From contig JBPOGF010000028.1 in NCBI GenBank assembly GCA_051251915.1, positions 1-39,128 of the forward strand: a stretch of 39,128 nt of DNA, given 5' to 3'. Source of the stretch: Akkermansiaceae bacterium (GTDB taxonomy: Bacteria > Verrucomicrobiota > Verrucomicrobiia > Verrucomicrobiales > Akkermansiaceae). The position numbers and the translations under genes are program-made. Shown in pieces: positions 27,368-36,660 of the stretch. The notes beneath the pieces were generated by a model. The model was given only the letters and a program-made list of their open reading frames with translations. It was not told the origin of the DNA and did not search any database. Every line of letters starts with the position of its first letter. The first letter of the stretch is position 1.

Positions 27368-28303
27368 ATGAAACATACCATTATCAGCCTGATCAGCATG
27401 ATCACCACCGTTTGTTCAGCCCAAGCACAGCAGTCTACTCAGCAGAAATTTGAACAAGACAGAAAAGCCATTTTAGCCATGACCGGTATCCATAGTGTGG
27501 ACTTTAATTTTCATGAAATCTACTCACTCAATAAAGACTATACCATCAAAGAGAGCAAATATGCTGAGTCGGCGCACGAAGTAGTATTCCTAGTCGAGGA
27601 CACAGGCACCCAAATTACTCTCCAACACATGCTCCAAGTCAAACATGGTGATAACGACGCCGTAGTTAAGCATTGGAGTCAAATCTGGACATACGAAGAC
27701 ACCGAAATCCTCGAATACCAAGGCAAAACCACCTGGAATAAAATCACCTTAGAGAAAACAAACGTAACAGGAACTTGGTCGCAGCTCGTCACGCAAACTA
27801 ACGACAGCCCACGCTACGAAAGCTATGCTACCTGGACTCACTTAGGAGGAATCAGCGAATGGGTCTCAAAAGAAACAGCAAGGCCACTCCCAAGAAGAGA
27901 ATACACCAAACGTAAAGACTACGACATCCTAGTAGCCCGCAACTCTCACATCATCGCCCCTAATGGCTGGACTCATGAACAATCTAACAAAAAACTAGTG
28001 AAACGTGAAAATGCCAACCACTACTTAGCTCTAGAACGAGGTTATAACACTTACACGAAATCTCCTGATTTCGATGTCACTGCCGCAACAACAGAGTGGA
28101 ATGAAACCAAAGAATACTGGAAAGAAATTAGAAACTTCTGGAACCAGAACATGAATAAAAATGACACCTTCAGCTATGTCATGCAAACAGAAGGCACCGG
28201 CATAAGAGAAGCCTTAAGACAACTCATCGACCAAGCCAAAGAAGATAAAAAACTTACCTCTGAGCAAGTAAACAATACGCTCAACAAATACCTTGTTAAA
28301 TAA
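27368..28303 (+). CDS. DUF6607-family secreted protein
   Basis: Signal peptide from ATG 27368; DRKAILAM.G, LQHML, VVKHWSQ.W.YE, DSPRYES, RPLPRREYTKRKDY and GWTHEQ.N.K motifs. Confidence 0.8.
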   Translation: MKHTIISLISMITTVCSAQAQQSTQQKFEQDRKAILAMTGIHSVDFNFHEIYSLNKDYTIKESKYAESAHEVVFLVEDTGTQITLQHMLQVKHGDNDAVVKHWSQIWTYEDTEILEYQGKTTWNKITLEKTNVTGTWSQLVTQTNDSPRYESYATWTHLGGISEWVSKETARPLPRREYTKRKDYDILVARNSHIIAPNGWTHEQSNKKLVKRENANHYLALERGYNTYTKSPDFDVTAATTEWNETKEYWKEIRNFWNQNMNKNDTFSYVMQTEGTGIREALRQLIDQAKEDKKLTSEQVNNTLNKYLVK

Positions 28304-28352
28304 AGTATAATACATTGTGTGTGAATGATCTATATCTGTGTAATAGTTCTTA

Positions 28353-28970
28353 CTATTTCACAGCTAGCAATGCGGCCAAAGCTACCAAACAAACCCCAAA
28401 CACTCCATCAACTACATAAGCAAAACGTTGATACCATCGCTTAATCATACTCACCTGAAGTAACCTCACCCACATGCTCCACAACAGCCACCCTTCCATA
28501 AAAATAGTCACCCACAACAACACCGCCCAAGCAGAGCCACCCATCCCTAAAAAAGGCACCGTCACACCCGCGAGAAACACCGCCACCTTAGGGTTCAAAA
28601 TATTACATAGAAAACCCATCTTCCAATACCCAGTCAAACTTACAGGAATAGTATCAGCTGATTTATATTCTAATTTAAATCTCATCTTCTGCGCTGCAGA
28701 CCTTAAAAGCTGATATGCAATCCACAGTAAATATCCACACGCTAAATACTTAATGCCCCGATAAAGCATCACATTTTTACCCAGTACAAACGCCAATCCA
28801 GAAACAGCAACCCCAGCATGAATCATTAATCCGCAAGCAATTCCAAACGCCGTCGCTAACCCAGCCCGCATACCATGTGCCAACGACACCCGCGTCAGTA
28901 GTACCATGTCCGGCCCAGGACTAAACTGCCCCACCGCCATGATCAAAAAAAATGTCAGCCACTCTATCAT
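28353..28970 (-). CDS. LysE/RhtB-family translocator
   Basis: SPGPD motif, GFLCNILNPK, about 6 TM helices. Confidence 0.9.
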   Translation of the reverse strand: MIEWLTFFLIMAVGQFSPGPDMVLLTRVSLAHGMRAGLATAFGIACGLMIHAGVAVSGLAFVLGKNVMLYRGIKYLACGYLLWIAYQLLRSAAQKMRFKLEYKSADTIPVSLTGYWKMGFLCNILNPKVAVFLAGVTVPFLGMGGSAWAVLLWVTIFMEGWLLWSMWVRLLQVSMIKRWYQRFAYVVDGVFGVCLVALAALLAVK

Positions 28971-29067
28971 CTATCTCTTAGTAATCTCATCCTCTGCTGA
29001 GAGCTTATATCACTAAGATCGATAAAATCACCACCAATTAGTTTGCTGGATTCTTTGATATGGGCTA

Positions 29068-29703
29068 GTGTCTCTCATGCTTAAGTATTTAACTCTGTGT
29101 CTCATCTCTCTTGTTTCTACACTCTCCGCTCAATGGCAAAATGGCGATATCATTTTCACCAAAACCAGTGGTAGGCAAGCCATAGCGGTAGAAGCAGCTA
29201 CAGAATCCCCATGGACACACACCGCAGTAATCTTCATCAATGAAGGAAAACCAATGGTCCTAGAGGCAGTCCAGCCAGTACAGATCATTTCACTAGAAGA
29301 TTACTTCAAACGCAGCGGAGCCAAGTCCACACACAGCTTCAAACGCCTAAAAGACACATCCACGCTAAACAAAGATATCTTTACCAGAGCTAGCGCATGG
29401 GCTAAAAAACATGTCGGCAAGAACTACGACGGCCGCTTCCAGTGGTCAGACCAGACCCTCTATTGCTCCGAGCTTGTTTGGAAAGTCTATCACGAATGCG
29501 CCGGCATAGAACTCTGCCGTGTAAAAAAAGTCAAAGAATACAACCTAGAGCACCCAAAAGTAAAACAACTCATCACAGAGAGATTTGGATCCGTGAATCG
29601 TTTAAACCTTGAAGAAAAAATCGTAGCTCCCTCAGACATCTATGACTCTGAATTACTCGTAGAATTCCAGCCTTCCAAGAAACGAGAACTCATTGAAAAA
29701 TAG
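29068..29703 (+). CDS. YiiX/YebB-like permuted papain-like (NlpC/P60) enzyme
   Basis: GDIIF, SPWTH (His), VLEAVQPV, YCSELVWKVY (Cys); signal peptide. The start may be ATG 29077. Confidence 0.88.
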   Translation: MSLMLKYLTLCLISLVSTLSAQWQNGDIIFTKTSGRQAIAVEAATESPWTHTAVIFINEGKPMVLEAVQPVQIISLEDYFKRSGAKSTHSFKRLKDTSTLNKDIFTRASAWAKKHVGKNYDGRFQWSDQTLYCSELVWKVYHECAGIELCRVKKVKEYNLEHPKVKQLITERFGSVNRLNLEEKIVAPSDIYDSELLVEFQPSKKRELIEK

Positions 29704-29723
29704 TCACCCGCGAGACCTGTTAA

Positions 29724-30800
29724 CTACTCACCCTCTTTTTCTTCTTCAGCCTCCGCTAGTTTCCTTTTCTTCTTCTCCTCAACGACTTCCTCAGGAGTCT
29801 TAAGAGATGCAATAGCTGCTAAAATATCATCAGACACCTCAACTTCGCTCAACTTAGTTTTCTCAGGTGCCCCCATCTCAATCCACCACTTAAGCACTTT
29901 AAGTTCCTCCGCTGTGATCTGAGGTTTAGATTCTGGAGGCATATGGTAGTCATCATCCTTAGGTAGCATGATCGAGGTGATCATAAAACTACCCTCCACA
30001 TCACCCGCAACAAGACACTCTTCTTCATCCCCCCCATCAAACATCGCTTCCAGCGAGTCCATCCTCAGACTACCTTTGTCTTTATCAGGACCATGACAGC
30101 TTATGCATTTGTTGTCTAAAATCGTATGCACAATATCAGCGTAGATCACTGGATCTATAACCCCATCTACGTTCCCTTCTGCTTCACGTCTAGCGGATAA
30201 CTTACTGGCATCCTCTGCACGTTTATCTAAAATCTTACTTGGCAATGCATTTAGCGGATCACCATGTGTCATCTCCCCACCATGATGACCAGCACTGATC
30301 AACACCCCACCAGTCGCAAACAATGCCAATAAATAGCTAAGCTTTAGACAACTCAGTTTCTTCACATCGTGGCTATATTTCACCAGAAATGTAATTATCA
30401 CCAGAACCGTAAATATTACACCATCTCGTTTATGTTCTTCTACTAATGGTCCCTCAAATTTACCTGTGAGGTAGAGAAAATAACCAAATACCACAGCAAT
30501 GACAGAAGTCCCCGCCGCAAAAGCCAGGGCCAAGGTCGTCTTCGGCTGGTATTTACCAAATGAGATCACCCCTACCCCCTCCATCGTCAATACCAAAACC
30601 GTTGCTCCAATTGGTAAATGCAACATCAGAGGATGAAGCTTCCCAAAAAAGTTCATCCATAATCCCATACTATCCGCCGTCTTAGGATCAGCCGCTCCCA
30701 CCTCTCCGATCCAAGGCATGACAGCTACTGCCACAGCAGTTAGAATGCAGATCCCAACCACAATTCCATACCATTTCGTCTCATTTTTTGCCTTATCCAT
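29724..30800 (-). CDS. Membrane protein (DUF2231-like His-containing TM domain) fused to a planctomycete-type cytochrome c domain
   Basis: HPLMLHLPIG, GHHGGEMTHG, CISCH, HMPP and WWIEMGA motifs. Confidence 0.85.
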   Translation of the reverse strand: MDKAKNETKWYGIVVGICILTAVAVAVMPWIGEVGAADPKTADSMGLWMNFFGKLHPLMLHLPIGATVLVLTMEGVGVISFGKYQPKTTLALAFAAGTSVIAVVFGYFLYLTGKFEGPLVEEHKRDGVIFTVLVIITFLVKYSHDVKKLSCLKLSYLLALFATGGVLISAGHHGGEMTHGDPLNALPSKILDKRAEDASKLSARREAEGNVDGVIDPVIYADIVHTILDNKCISCHGPDKDKGSLRMDSLEAMFDGGDEEECLVAGDVEGSFMITSIMLPKDDDYHMPPESKPQITAEELKVLKWWIEMGAPEKTKLSEVEVSDDILAAIASLKTPEEVVEEKKKRKLAEAEEEKEGE

Positions 30801-30868
30801 TGCGAATGGATACTAAGTAAACCATCTTCATATTACAGAAAAAACGACTTCTTCAGGTGATTTTGAAA

Positions 30869-30900
30869 GATTATGCCCCCAAGTGATTATGTCCCCAAGT
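30869..30900. repeat. 16-bp tandem direct repeat in a divergent promoter region
   Basis: GATTATGCCCCCAAGT GATTATGTCCCCAAGT (one mismatch). Confidence 0.85.
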
Positions 30901-30995
30901 AATGCTCACTTTAACATTTAGAGTAACTTTCATTGAATTTTCCCTTATCCACTGTAGTCTAACTGTACATTATTCACCCTTATCTTCTCGTAACC

Positions 30996-31727
30996 ATGAA
31001 AACTATCACTTCTGTTCTGACCATTTTTAGCCTTTCGATAGGACTTCTCACACCACTCAGTGCAGCTCCAACTCTAACTAAGTCAGGACTCGATGATGAC
31101 CCAGAAGTTGTCTACCTAGAGCATTATACAAGCATTCCTATCAAGTTTCTCTTGATCGAAGACACTGCCCTCTACGCTTCTAAAACAGGAAAGAGTAGCC
31201 GCAAAATAGGAACGTTGTCTGCAGGTTCCAGCGTTCAACTCCTAGCCATGAACGAAAACGCCTACCGCATATCAGGGAAAGGAAAATACGGCTTGATCAA
31301 AGGCTGGGTCAGCCCAAAAAGCGTCGCTAGCCAAGACCCTAAATTTGTCGAAAACCTCCATCAGCTCTATCTCAGACAGATGAAAGTCAATAAACTCATC
31401 AAGAACCAACAAGTGGCCATCGGCATGACAGTAAGCGAGGTAGTCCAGTCCTTAGGTGAACCAACCAAGAAAGAAGACAAGATCACTAAAGACGGTAGAT
31501 CAGGCACCTATGAATTCATCCAGCTCGAGGAAGAAAAGCACTATCGCTACGTCACTGACGCCCGCACCGGCAATGTCTACAAACAGCTTTCCCATATTAC
31601 TACTGAAGAAAAGTCAAACATCACAGTGGAATTTGAAAGCGACGTAGTCACCGCTATCACTTCAAAAGAAGACAACGGACCAGGGAAAGTTAACATCGTT
31701 GTCCCTCCTATCATCTTTAGATATTAA
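30996..31727 (+). CDS. Hypothetical secreted protein (SH3-like plus BamE/SmpA-like segments)
   Basis: Signal peptide; IGTL.AG..V.LL...GWV SH3-like pattern; IGMT.SEV..SLGEP BamE-like pattern. Confidence 0.7.
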   Translation: MKTITSVLTIFSLSIGLLTPLSAAPTLTKSGLDDDPEVVYLEHYTSIPIKFLLIEDTALYASKTGKSSRKIGTLSAGSSVQLLAMNENAYRISGKGKYGLIKGWVSPKSVASQDPKFVENLHQLYLRQMKVNKLIKNQQVAIGMTVSEVVQSLGEPTKKEDKITKDGRSGTYEFIQLEEEKHYRYVTDARTGNVYKQLSHITTEEKSNITVEFESDVVTAITSKEDNGPGKVNIVVPPIIFRY

Positions 31728-31958
31728 GTATATTTTAAGTAGAAATGCGGCCTACGATATAAGGATTTTGGTATTCTCTCAGAGAATACCGCAGAACCAG
31801 ATAGACAGTCTGAGAATGATCAGTCGCGCAGAAATAAACAAAAAAGACCGCGCTTACTTCAATCAGCTTCGCGGTAAATCCAAATCCTTAAAACACTTCC
31901 AGGGACTGTAACGTTATTTAATGTGCACTAATCCATCACCACTTAAAAAATTGACAAC

Positions 31959-31996
31959 AAAAAACGAGAACCTCTAATCTAGAGCTTCTCGTTTTT
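31959..31996 (-). terminator. Bidirectional intrinsic terminator downstream of rpsT
   Basis: AAAAACGAGAA-C-CTCT-aatct-AGAG-C-TTCTCGTTTTT, with A/T tracts on both sides. Confidence 0.8.
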
Positions 31997-32048
31997 GTGA
32001 TAAAGTAAATGCTTTGTTGAGTGACCTATGGTCGCTCAGAGCTACGAA

Positions 32049-32312
32049 TTACGCAGACTTAGTGATAGCCTGTGATGTCTTGCTCTTAAGGTTAGCTGCC
32101 TTGTTCTTGTGAATGATTTTCTTCTTAGCGCACTTGTCGACTACTGATGTGAACTCCTGGAATGACTTGTTTGCCGCTTCCTTGTCACCTGCTTCAGCAG
32201 CTGCGAGTGTCTTCTTACGAAGAGTTTTTACACGAGTCTTGATGTCTGTGTTGCGAGTATTGCGAGTTTCGTTCTGACGAACGCGTTTGAGTGCTGATCT
32301 TGAGTTTGCCAT
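32049..32312 (-). CDS. rpsT: 30S ribosomal protein S20
   Basis: MANSRSALKRVRQ...IIHKNKAANLKS; 87 aa, basic. Confidence 0.97.
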   Translation of the reverse strand: MANSRSALKRVRQNETRNTRNTDIKTRVKTLRKKTLAAAEAGDKEAANKSFQEFTSVVDKCAKKKIIHKNKAANLKSKTSQAITKSA

Positions 32313-32454
32313 AATGGTATTTGAAAATGATTGTTGTTATTTACTTTATGCTTATGGAGCAGCTTAGAAGATTTCGGAACCCTCTCATTGACCTACTCCG
32401 TTATAATATTACTAATCCCTGCTTCATCGTATTGATTTCTTGCTGGGGTGCGAA

Positions 32455-32482
32455 AAACTACCTAAATCTATCCAGATGTCAA
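32455..32482 (-). promoter_or_regulatory. Sigma70 promoter of rpsT
   Basis: TTGACA-16 nt-TAGTTT on the minus strand. Confidence 0.65.
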
Positions 32483-32519
32483 GCTCGTAGCGACTTTTTC
32501 ATCATTAAATGTTAAAATA

Positions 32520-35276
32520 TCAACATTGGTTAAGTAATTTCTCTACCGCATTCAGCACATTCTCAGGCTGAACCTGCCATTCTACATACCCCACAGGAAC
32601 CAGCTTCATCCCCGCACGCTCTAGTATCTGATGACGATTAATCCCCACCGCATTTTGAGTAAATCCAGGGTATCCCACCAAATCCACCCCTAAATACCGC
32701 CCATTCTTCTCCAACAACACATCCACTGGAATAGCTGCCACCGTTTCATTCATCTTGCTAGTGATCCCCTTCTCCCCACAAGCTTTAGTAAACTCTATAG
32801 CAAATGAATTAACTTCATCTGTTCTACCCTCTCCCTCATATTGCCCAGAGTTAGAGTCACCTTTCCCAGAGAAAGATAAATATTTCCCTAACAACGAATG
32901 AATAGGTAAATCCTGAGGTTTGACTGAATGGAAAATAACCTGCTGATGCTTAGCCCGCGTAATGCTAACATTGAACACATCCTCTTGCTCAATAAAACGT
33001 CGAGTCCCCGCATTATCAGATTTACCGAGCCCCACACTAATAAGCATCACATCACGCTCCTCACCCTGAAAACTATGCGCAGTCCCGACTTTCAGCTGAT
33101 GTCTACTAAGTCGATACACATACTCAGCCTCCACCGCTAATTCATTCACCGCATCAGTTAGCGCATCAACCTGAGAACGAAAAGGAGAGAGTATGCCAAT
33201 GCTCTTCAGAGGCTCATCACTCTTTTCACCCTCGTCTAACAAACGTAACAATTCAACAATTACAGCACTTATCTCCCCCTCATTAACCCCATCCTCACCC
33301 CTGTCTCCTTCACAGTAATTGAAAACTAAAGCCCGCTCAGATACTCTCTCCCATGGCCGATCGCGCATTAACCTTAGATCACCTTGATAAAACTCCGTAT
33401 TACTAAACTCAATAATTGGTTTCAAACTTCGAAAATGCTCGTTCAACAACGCTACCTGACTCCCATCATGCGTATTCTCAATCGCCAAATCCATCAAACT
33501 AACATCTCGATAATCATATTTCGCTCTATCCTCTTCGCTGAGTTGTAAATCACGTGCAAACTTATCCATGCTATTCCTCGCGATGAATGACACATGCCGC
33601 AACTGCTTCTCATCTCCCGCTATCACCACCCGTTTAGCCCGCTGAATAGCTGGTAAAGCACTAGCTATATCGCACTGACTAGCCTCATCAATGATCACCA
33701 CATCAAACATCTCCTGCTTAGGAGGCAAAACCCGATGCAGATCGCTCAAACTCGTGATCCAAATAGGAAACACATTTAAAACCGAATCAAAATCCGCAGA
33801 AGAAAACGCAGCCAACTGCTCGGACGATTTAGTTTTCTTCAAAGCCGTCAGCAACTTCTTCAAATCACCCCTAGTCCGAGCGTCAGCCATCACACTATTC
33901 AGCAAATAATCTTGCTGAGTCCGGATCAACTTACGAATCGTGACCTCTCTCTGCTGATGCAACTGACCTAAATGATTGCACAATTGAATCAGCACAGGTC
34001 TCCCCTTAACTTTACCCTCATACCAAAGCTTCAAAAGCCGCTCATACCAACGCGGATTAGGCTTCGCAGAAACCTCACCCCTAGCAATTGATTTCGCATA
34101 CTCTTCAGTAAGCTGTGATTCATCTCTCGCTATATCTTCTAGTAGATCCATCAACTTCTGAGTCACCCCCCCCAACCGATGGTTCGCCTCAAGTGGTGAC
34201 GGATGCCTCGTTGATAAAATCTTAGACACTCTAGCTTTCAAATTCTTCAGGTAATCACTACGCCCAGCCCGCACAATAGCAACTCTAGACTCTAACAGCT
34301 CCTTTGTCTTCTCATACAGCACATCCACCGCATGATCCTTCTTAGAAACAATCAACACCGTCTCACCACGTGCAATGTGATCAATAGCTATCGCTGCAAG
34401 AGTAAATGACTTCCCAGTCCCAGGAGGTCCATGACAAACGGTTAAAGCATTAAAGCGAGCTGACTTCAACAAATGATCTTGATTCTCACTCAGCAACACC
34501 GGAGCCAACGTCGGCTTCATCAACTGCTCTTTAACCACACTCGGCTTAGCTTTCACTCTAACTCCATCAAAAAACAACGCTTCCAAAGCCGATGACCAAT
34601 TCTCCTTCTTAAATTCACCCAACTTCTCAAGCTCATCCACCACTCCACTTGACCCTCTAGAGCGCTTCACCACTCCCCATCCCGCAGCTGAAATAATCCT
34701 CAACCCAGTCCCCAATTTACTATTCACCGCTGACACTGGAGACACATGTGGCCATTCAATCAGTTTGTTGACATTCACCTCTGACATATTACCCCGGAAA
34801 ACTTCAGCGATGCCAGACACAGCCACACTAGTAAGAACTCCCTCACTACCTCGCAACGCTTCCATAATGCCCTGCTCGATCTGTTGCTTATTATCCAACA
34901 CATCTAACAGCGAGTAATTGATCCGATACAAACTATACTCCAGACTAACAGAAATAGTCTCACCATACCTCTTGACTGTTGCCGGATAAAGAATGAGCGG
35001 AGCCCTGTAGACCTTCCCTCCTACCTTCCCTAGGAAAAACAAACACCCATACAAAAACTCTTTCTCTCGATCATGCAGAGAAAGATTCAGCATCAATTTC
35101 TCAGCGTAGGCCGGAGCTAAAATATCTTCATCCAGAAACCCACAGCCTAACTTATCCTCACCTTTCACCATCAACCGATTCTCCATCGACCTCGCCACAA
35201 AATCACGCACCCCAGCACGCGTGTGATCTTCCCTGTAGCATTCCCTAAGCCACCTAATGAGCGATTGATGATCCAT
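32520..35276 (-). CDS. Superfamily-1 (DNA2/NAM7/Upf1-like) helicase with degenerate C-terminal restriction-endonuclease-like domain
   Basis: HGPPGTGKS, IIDEASQ, AGDEKQL, LNEHFRS, TAHSFQGEERD and FNVSITRAK motifs; ATG 35276 avoids overlap with blc. Confidence 0.88.
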   Translation of the reverse strand: MDHQSLIRWLRECYREDHTRAGVRDFVARSMENRLMVKGEDKLGCGFLDEDILAPAYAEKLMLNLSLHDREKEFLYGCLFFLGKVGGKVYRAPLILYPATVKRYGETISVSLEYSLYRINYSLLDVLDNKQQIEQGIMEALRGSEGVLTSVAVSGIAEVFRGNMSEVNVNKLIEWPHVSPVSAVNSKLGTGLRIISAAGWGVVKRSRGSSGVVDELEKLGEFKKENWSSALEALFFDGVRVKAKPSVVKEQLMKPTLAPVLLSENQDHLLKSARFNALTVCHGPPGTGKSFTLAAIAIDHIARGETVLIVSKKDHAVDVLYEKTKELLESRVAIVRAGRSDYLKNLKARVSKILSTRHPSPLEANHRLGGVTQKLMDLLEDIARDESQLTEEYAKSIARGEVSAKPNPRWYERLLKLWYEGKVKGRPVLIQLCNHLGQLHQQREVTIRKLIRTQQDYLLNSVMADARTRGDLKKLLTALKKTKSSEQLAAFSSADFDSVLNVFPIWITSLSDLHRVLPPKQEMFDVVIIDEASQCDIASALPAIQRAKRVVIAGDEKQLRHVSFIARNSMDKFARDLQLSEEDRAKYDYRDVSLMDLAIENTHDGSQVALLNEHFRSLKPIIEFSNTEFYQGDLRLMRDRPWERVSERALVFNYCEGDRGEDGVNEGEISAVIVELLRLLDEGEKSDEPLKSIGILSPFRSQVDALTDAVNELAVEAEYVYRLSRHQLKVGTAHSFQGEERDVMLISVGLGKSDNAGTRRFIEQEDVFNVSITRAKHQQVIFHSVKPQDLPIHSLLGKYLSFSGKGDSNSGQYEGEGRTDEVNSFAIEFTKACGEKGITSKMNETVAAIPVDVLLEKNGRYLGVDLVGYPGFTQNAVGINRHQILERAGMKLVPVGYVEWQVQPENVLNAVEKLLNQC

Positions 35277-35286
35277 AGACTCTAGA

Positions 35287-35832
35287 TTACTTTTTCTCGT
35301 GATCCACAAAGATCAAGCTCTCCACATCAAACCCTAGCTTCTGCGCACTATCTATAAATTGTTTTTTCTCTGCCTCACTCACCGTTGGCGTCCGAGACAA
35401 GAACCAGAGATAATCTTTATTGTAACTAGTAATATAGGCGTAATTGTAATCTTTTTCATCCAGCTCAAACACCGCATAAGAACCATAAAATGGACCAAAA
35501 AATGAGACCTTCAAATGCCCCACATCTGGGCTTTTAACAAAATAAGCCTTCCCCACAGCCTCACTCCACTCACCCTTCTCTGCATCGTAACCTCTATTAA
35601 CGACCTTCAATCCACCATCTTCTTTGACCGTGTATTCAGCACTAACCTGACTCAATCCTCGCTCAAATGAATGATCCAAACGTGCAATCTCATACCAAGT
35701 ACCTAAATACTTATCCTTTTGAAACCCCTCTACAGGTTTTATCCCATCGGGCAGCCCCACACAGCTATTCATACCATAAAAGCCAACAACCAAAATACTG
35801 ATGAGTCCGACCAATTTGAATTTATGTTTCAT
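35287..35832 (-). CDS. blc: Bacterial lipocalin
   Basis: YLGTWYEIARLDHSFERGL, LKVSFFGPFYGSY, YLWFLSRTP. Confidence 0.93.
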   Translation of the reverse strand: MKHKFKLVGLISILVVGFYGMNSCVGLPDGIKPVEGFQKDKYLGTWYEIARLDHSFERGLSQVSAEYTVKEDGGLKVVNRGYDAEKGEWSEAVGKAYFVKSPDVGHLKVSFFGPFYGSYAVFELDEKDYNYAYITSYNKDYLWFLSRTPTVSEAEKKQFIDSAQKLGFDVESLIFVDHEKK

Positions 35833-35875
35833 GCACCTAACCTAAGCAATGATGGCCAGCTAGCACAGGATAAAT

Positions 35876-36544
35876 TTACTCCCACGTAGGAATCTTCGGC
35901 AGGAACGGAATTCTAACAGATAACGGATAAACACTCACTCCTGCACTCAACCCCAGCGCGCTCACCTCCACACCTTCTTTTAACCCTAATGCTATGCCTA
36001 ACACAGAGGTCTGAAGCTTTACTCCAGTGCCACCAGCAGTTTTCCCAGCATAGAACCCTAGCTCTTTACCTATTGCGTTGTGATCAAGTATCGCCGAAAC
36101 TCCATCCACCTCACGGATCATTTTTTCCATGAACGTATTACTATTAGGACCAGGATAGGACCGATACACTGAATCATCATAACTCGCAGCAAATGCACGG
36201 ATATCACGAGCAAAATGTGGATTAGATTTACCGTCTGACTGAGAAAGTATACGCACCCGCTCATCCCAACGCTTCTTAGCATGAACCGCAGTGTTCGATA
36301 TCTTCTTATTAACAACCCCACTCTTAGGGTTAAATACCTCCACCCTATACCACGGCGAATCCACACTCTCCCGATAATCCAAAAACGTGTGCGTCGCAAA
36401 CTGCGCAATACGCGCCTCCGAGCTCGGAATATCAATATCCTTCACCATAATCAGAGTATAAGGCTTGATAGGAGTATTCGATCCACAGCTAGATAGTAGC
36501 GAGACCACCGTTCCACAGGATGCGAGTAGTAGATTAAATTTCAT
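35876..36544 (-). CDS. DUF3750-like lipoprotein
   Basis: Lipobox LSSC; FATH, YRSYPGPNSNTF, AIGK, GLKEGVEV. Confidence 0.7.
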   Translation of the reverse strand: MKFNLLLASCGTVVSLLSSCGSNTPIKPYTLIMVKDIDIPSSEARIAQFATHTFLDYRESVDSPWYRVEVFNPKSGVVNKKISNTAVHAKKRWDERVRILSQSDGKSNPHFARDIRAFAASYDDSVYRSYPGPNSNTFMEKMIREVDGVSAILDHNAIGKELGFYAGKTAGGTGVKLQTSVLGIALGLKEGVEVSALGLSAGVSVYPLSVRIPFLPKIPTWE

Positions 36545-36660
36545 TTTCTACTTATATAAGGGAGAGTCTATTACATCAAGTTGATACCATAGAGAGAAAT
36601 AGAGTTCCAATTGAGCAAACAAAACACTAGAACAAGTCTGGTGAACTCAGATATCTAAAG

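Noticed and set aside
31699..32515. ORFs 31699-31911 and 32321-32515
   Set aside because: They overlap a gene end, structured intergenic DNA or the rpsT promoter/leader, and have no recognisable protein features.
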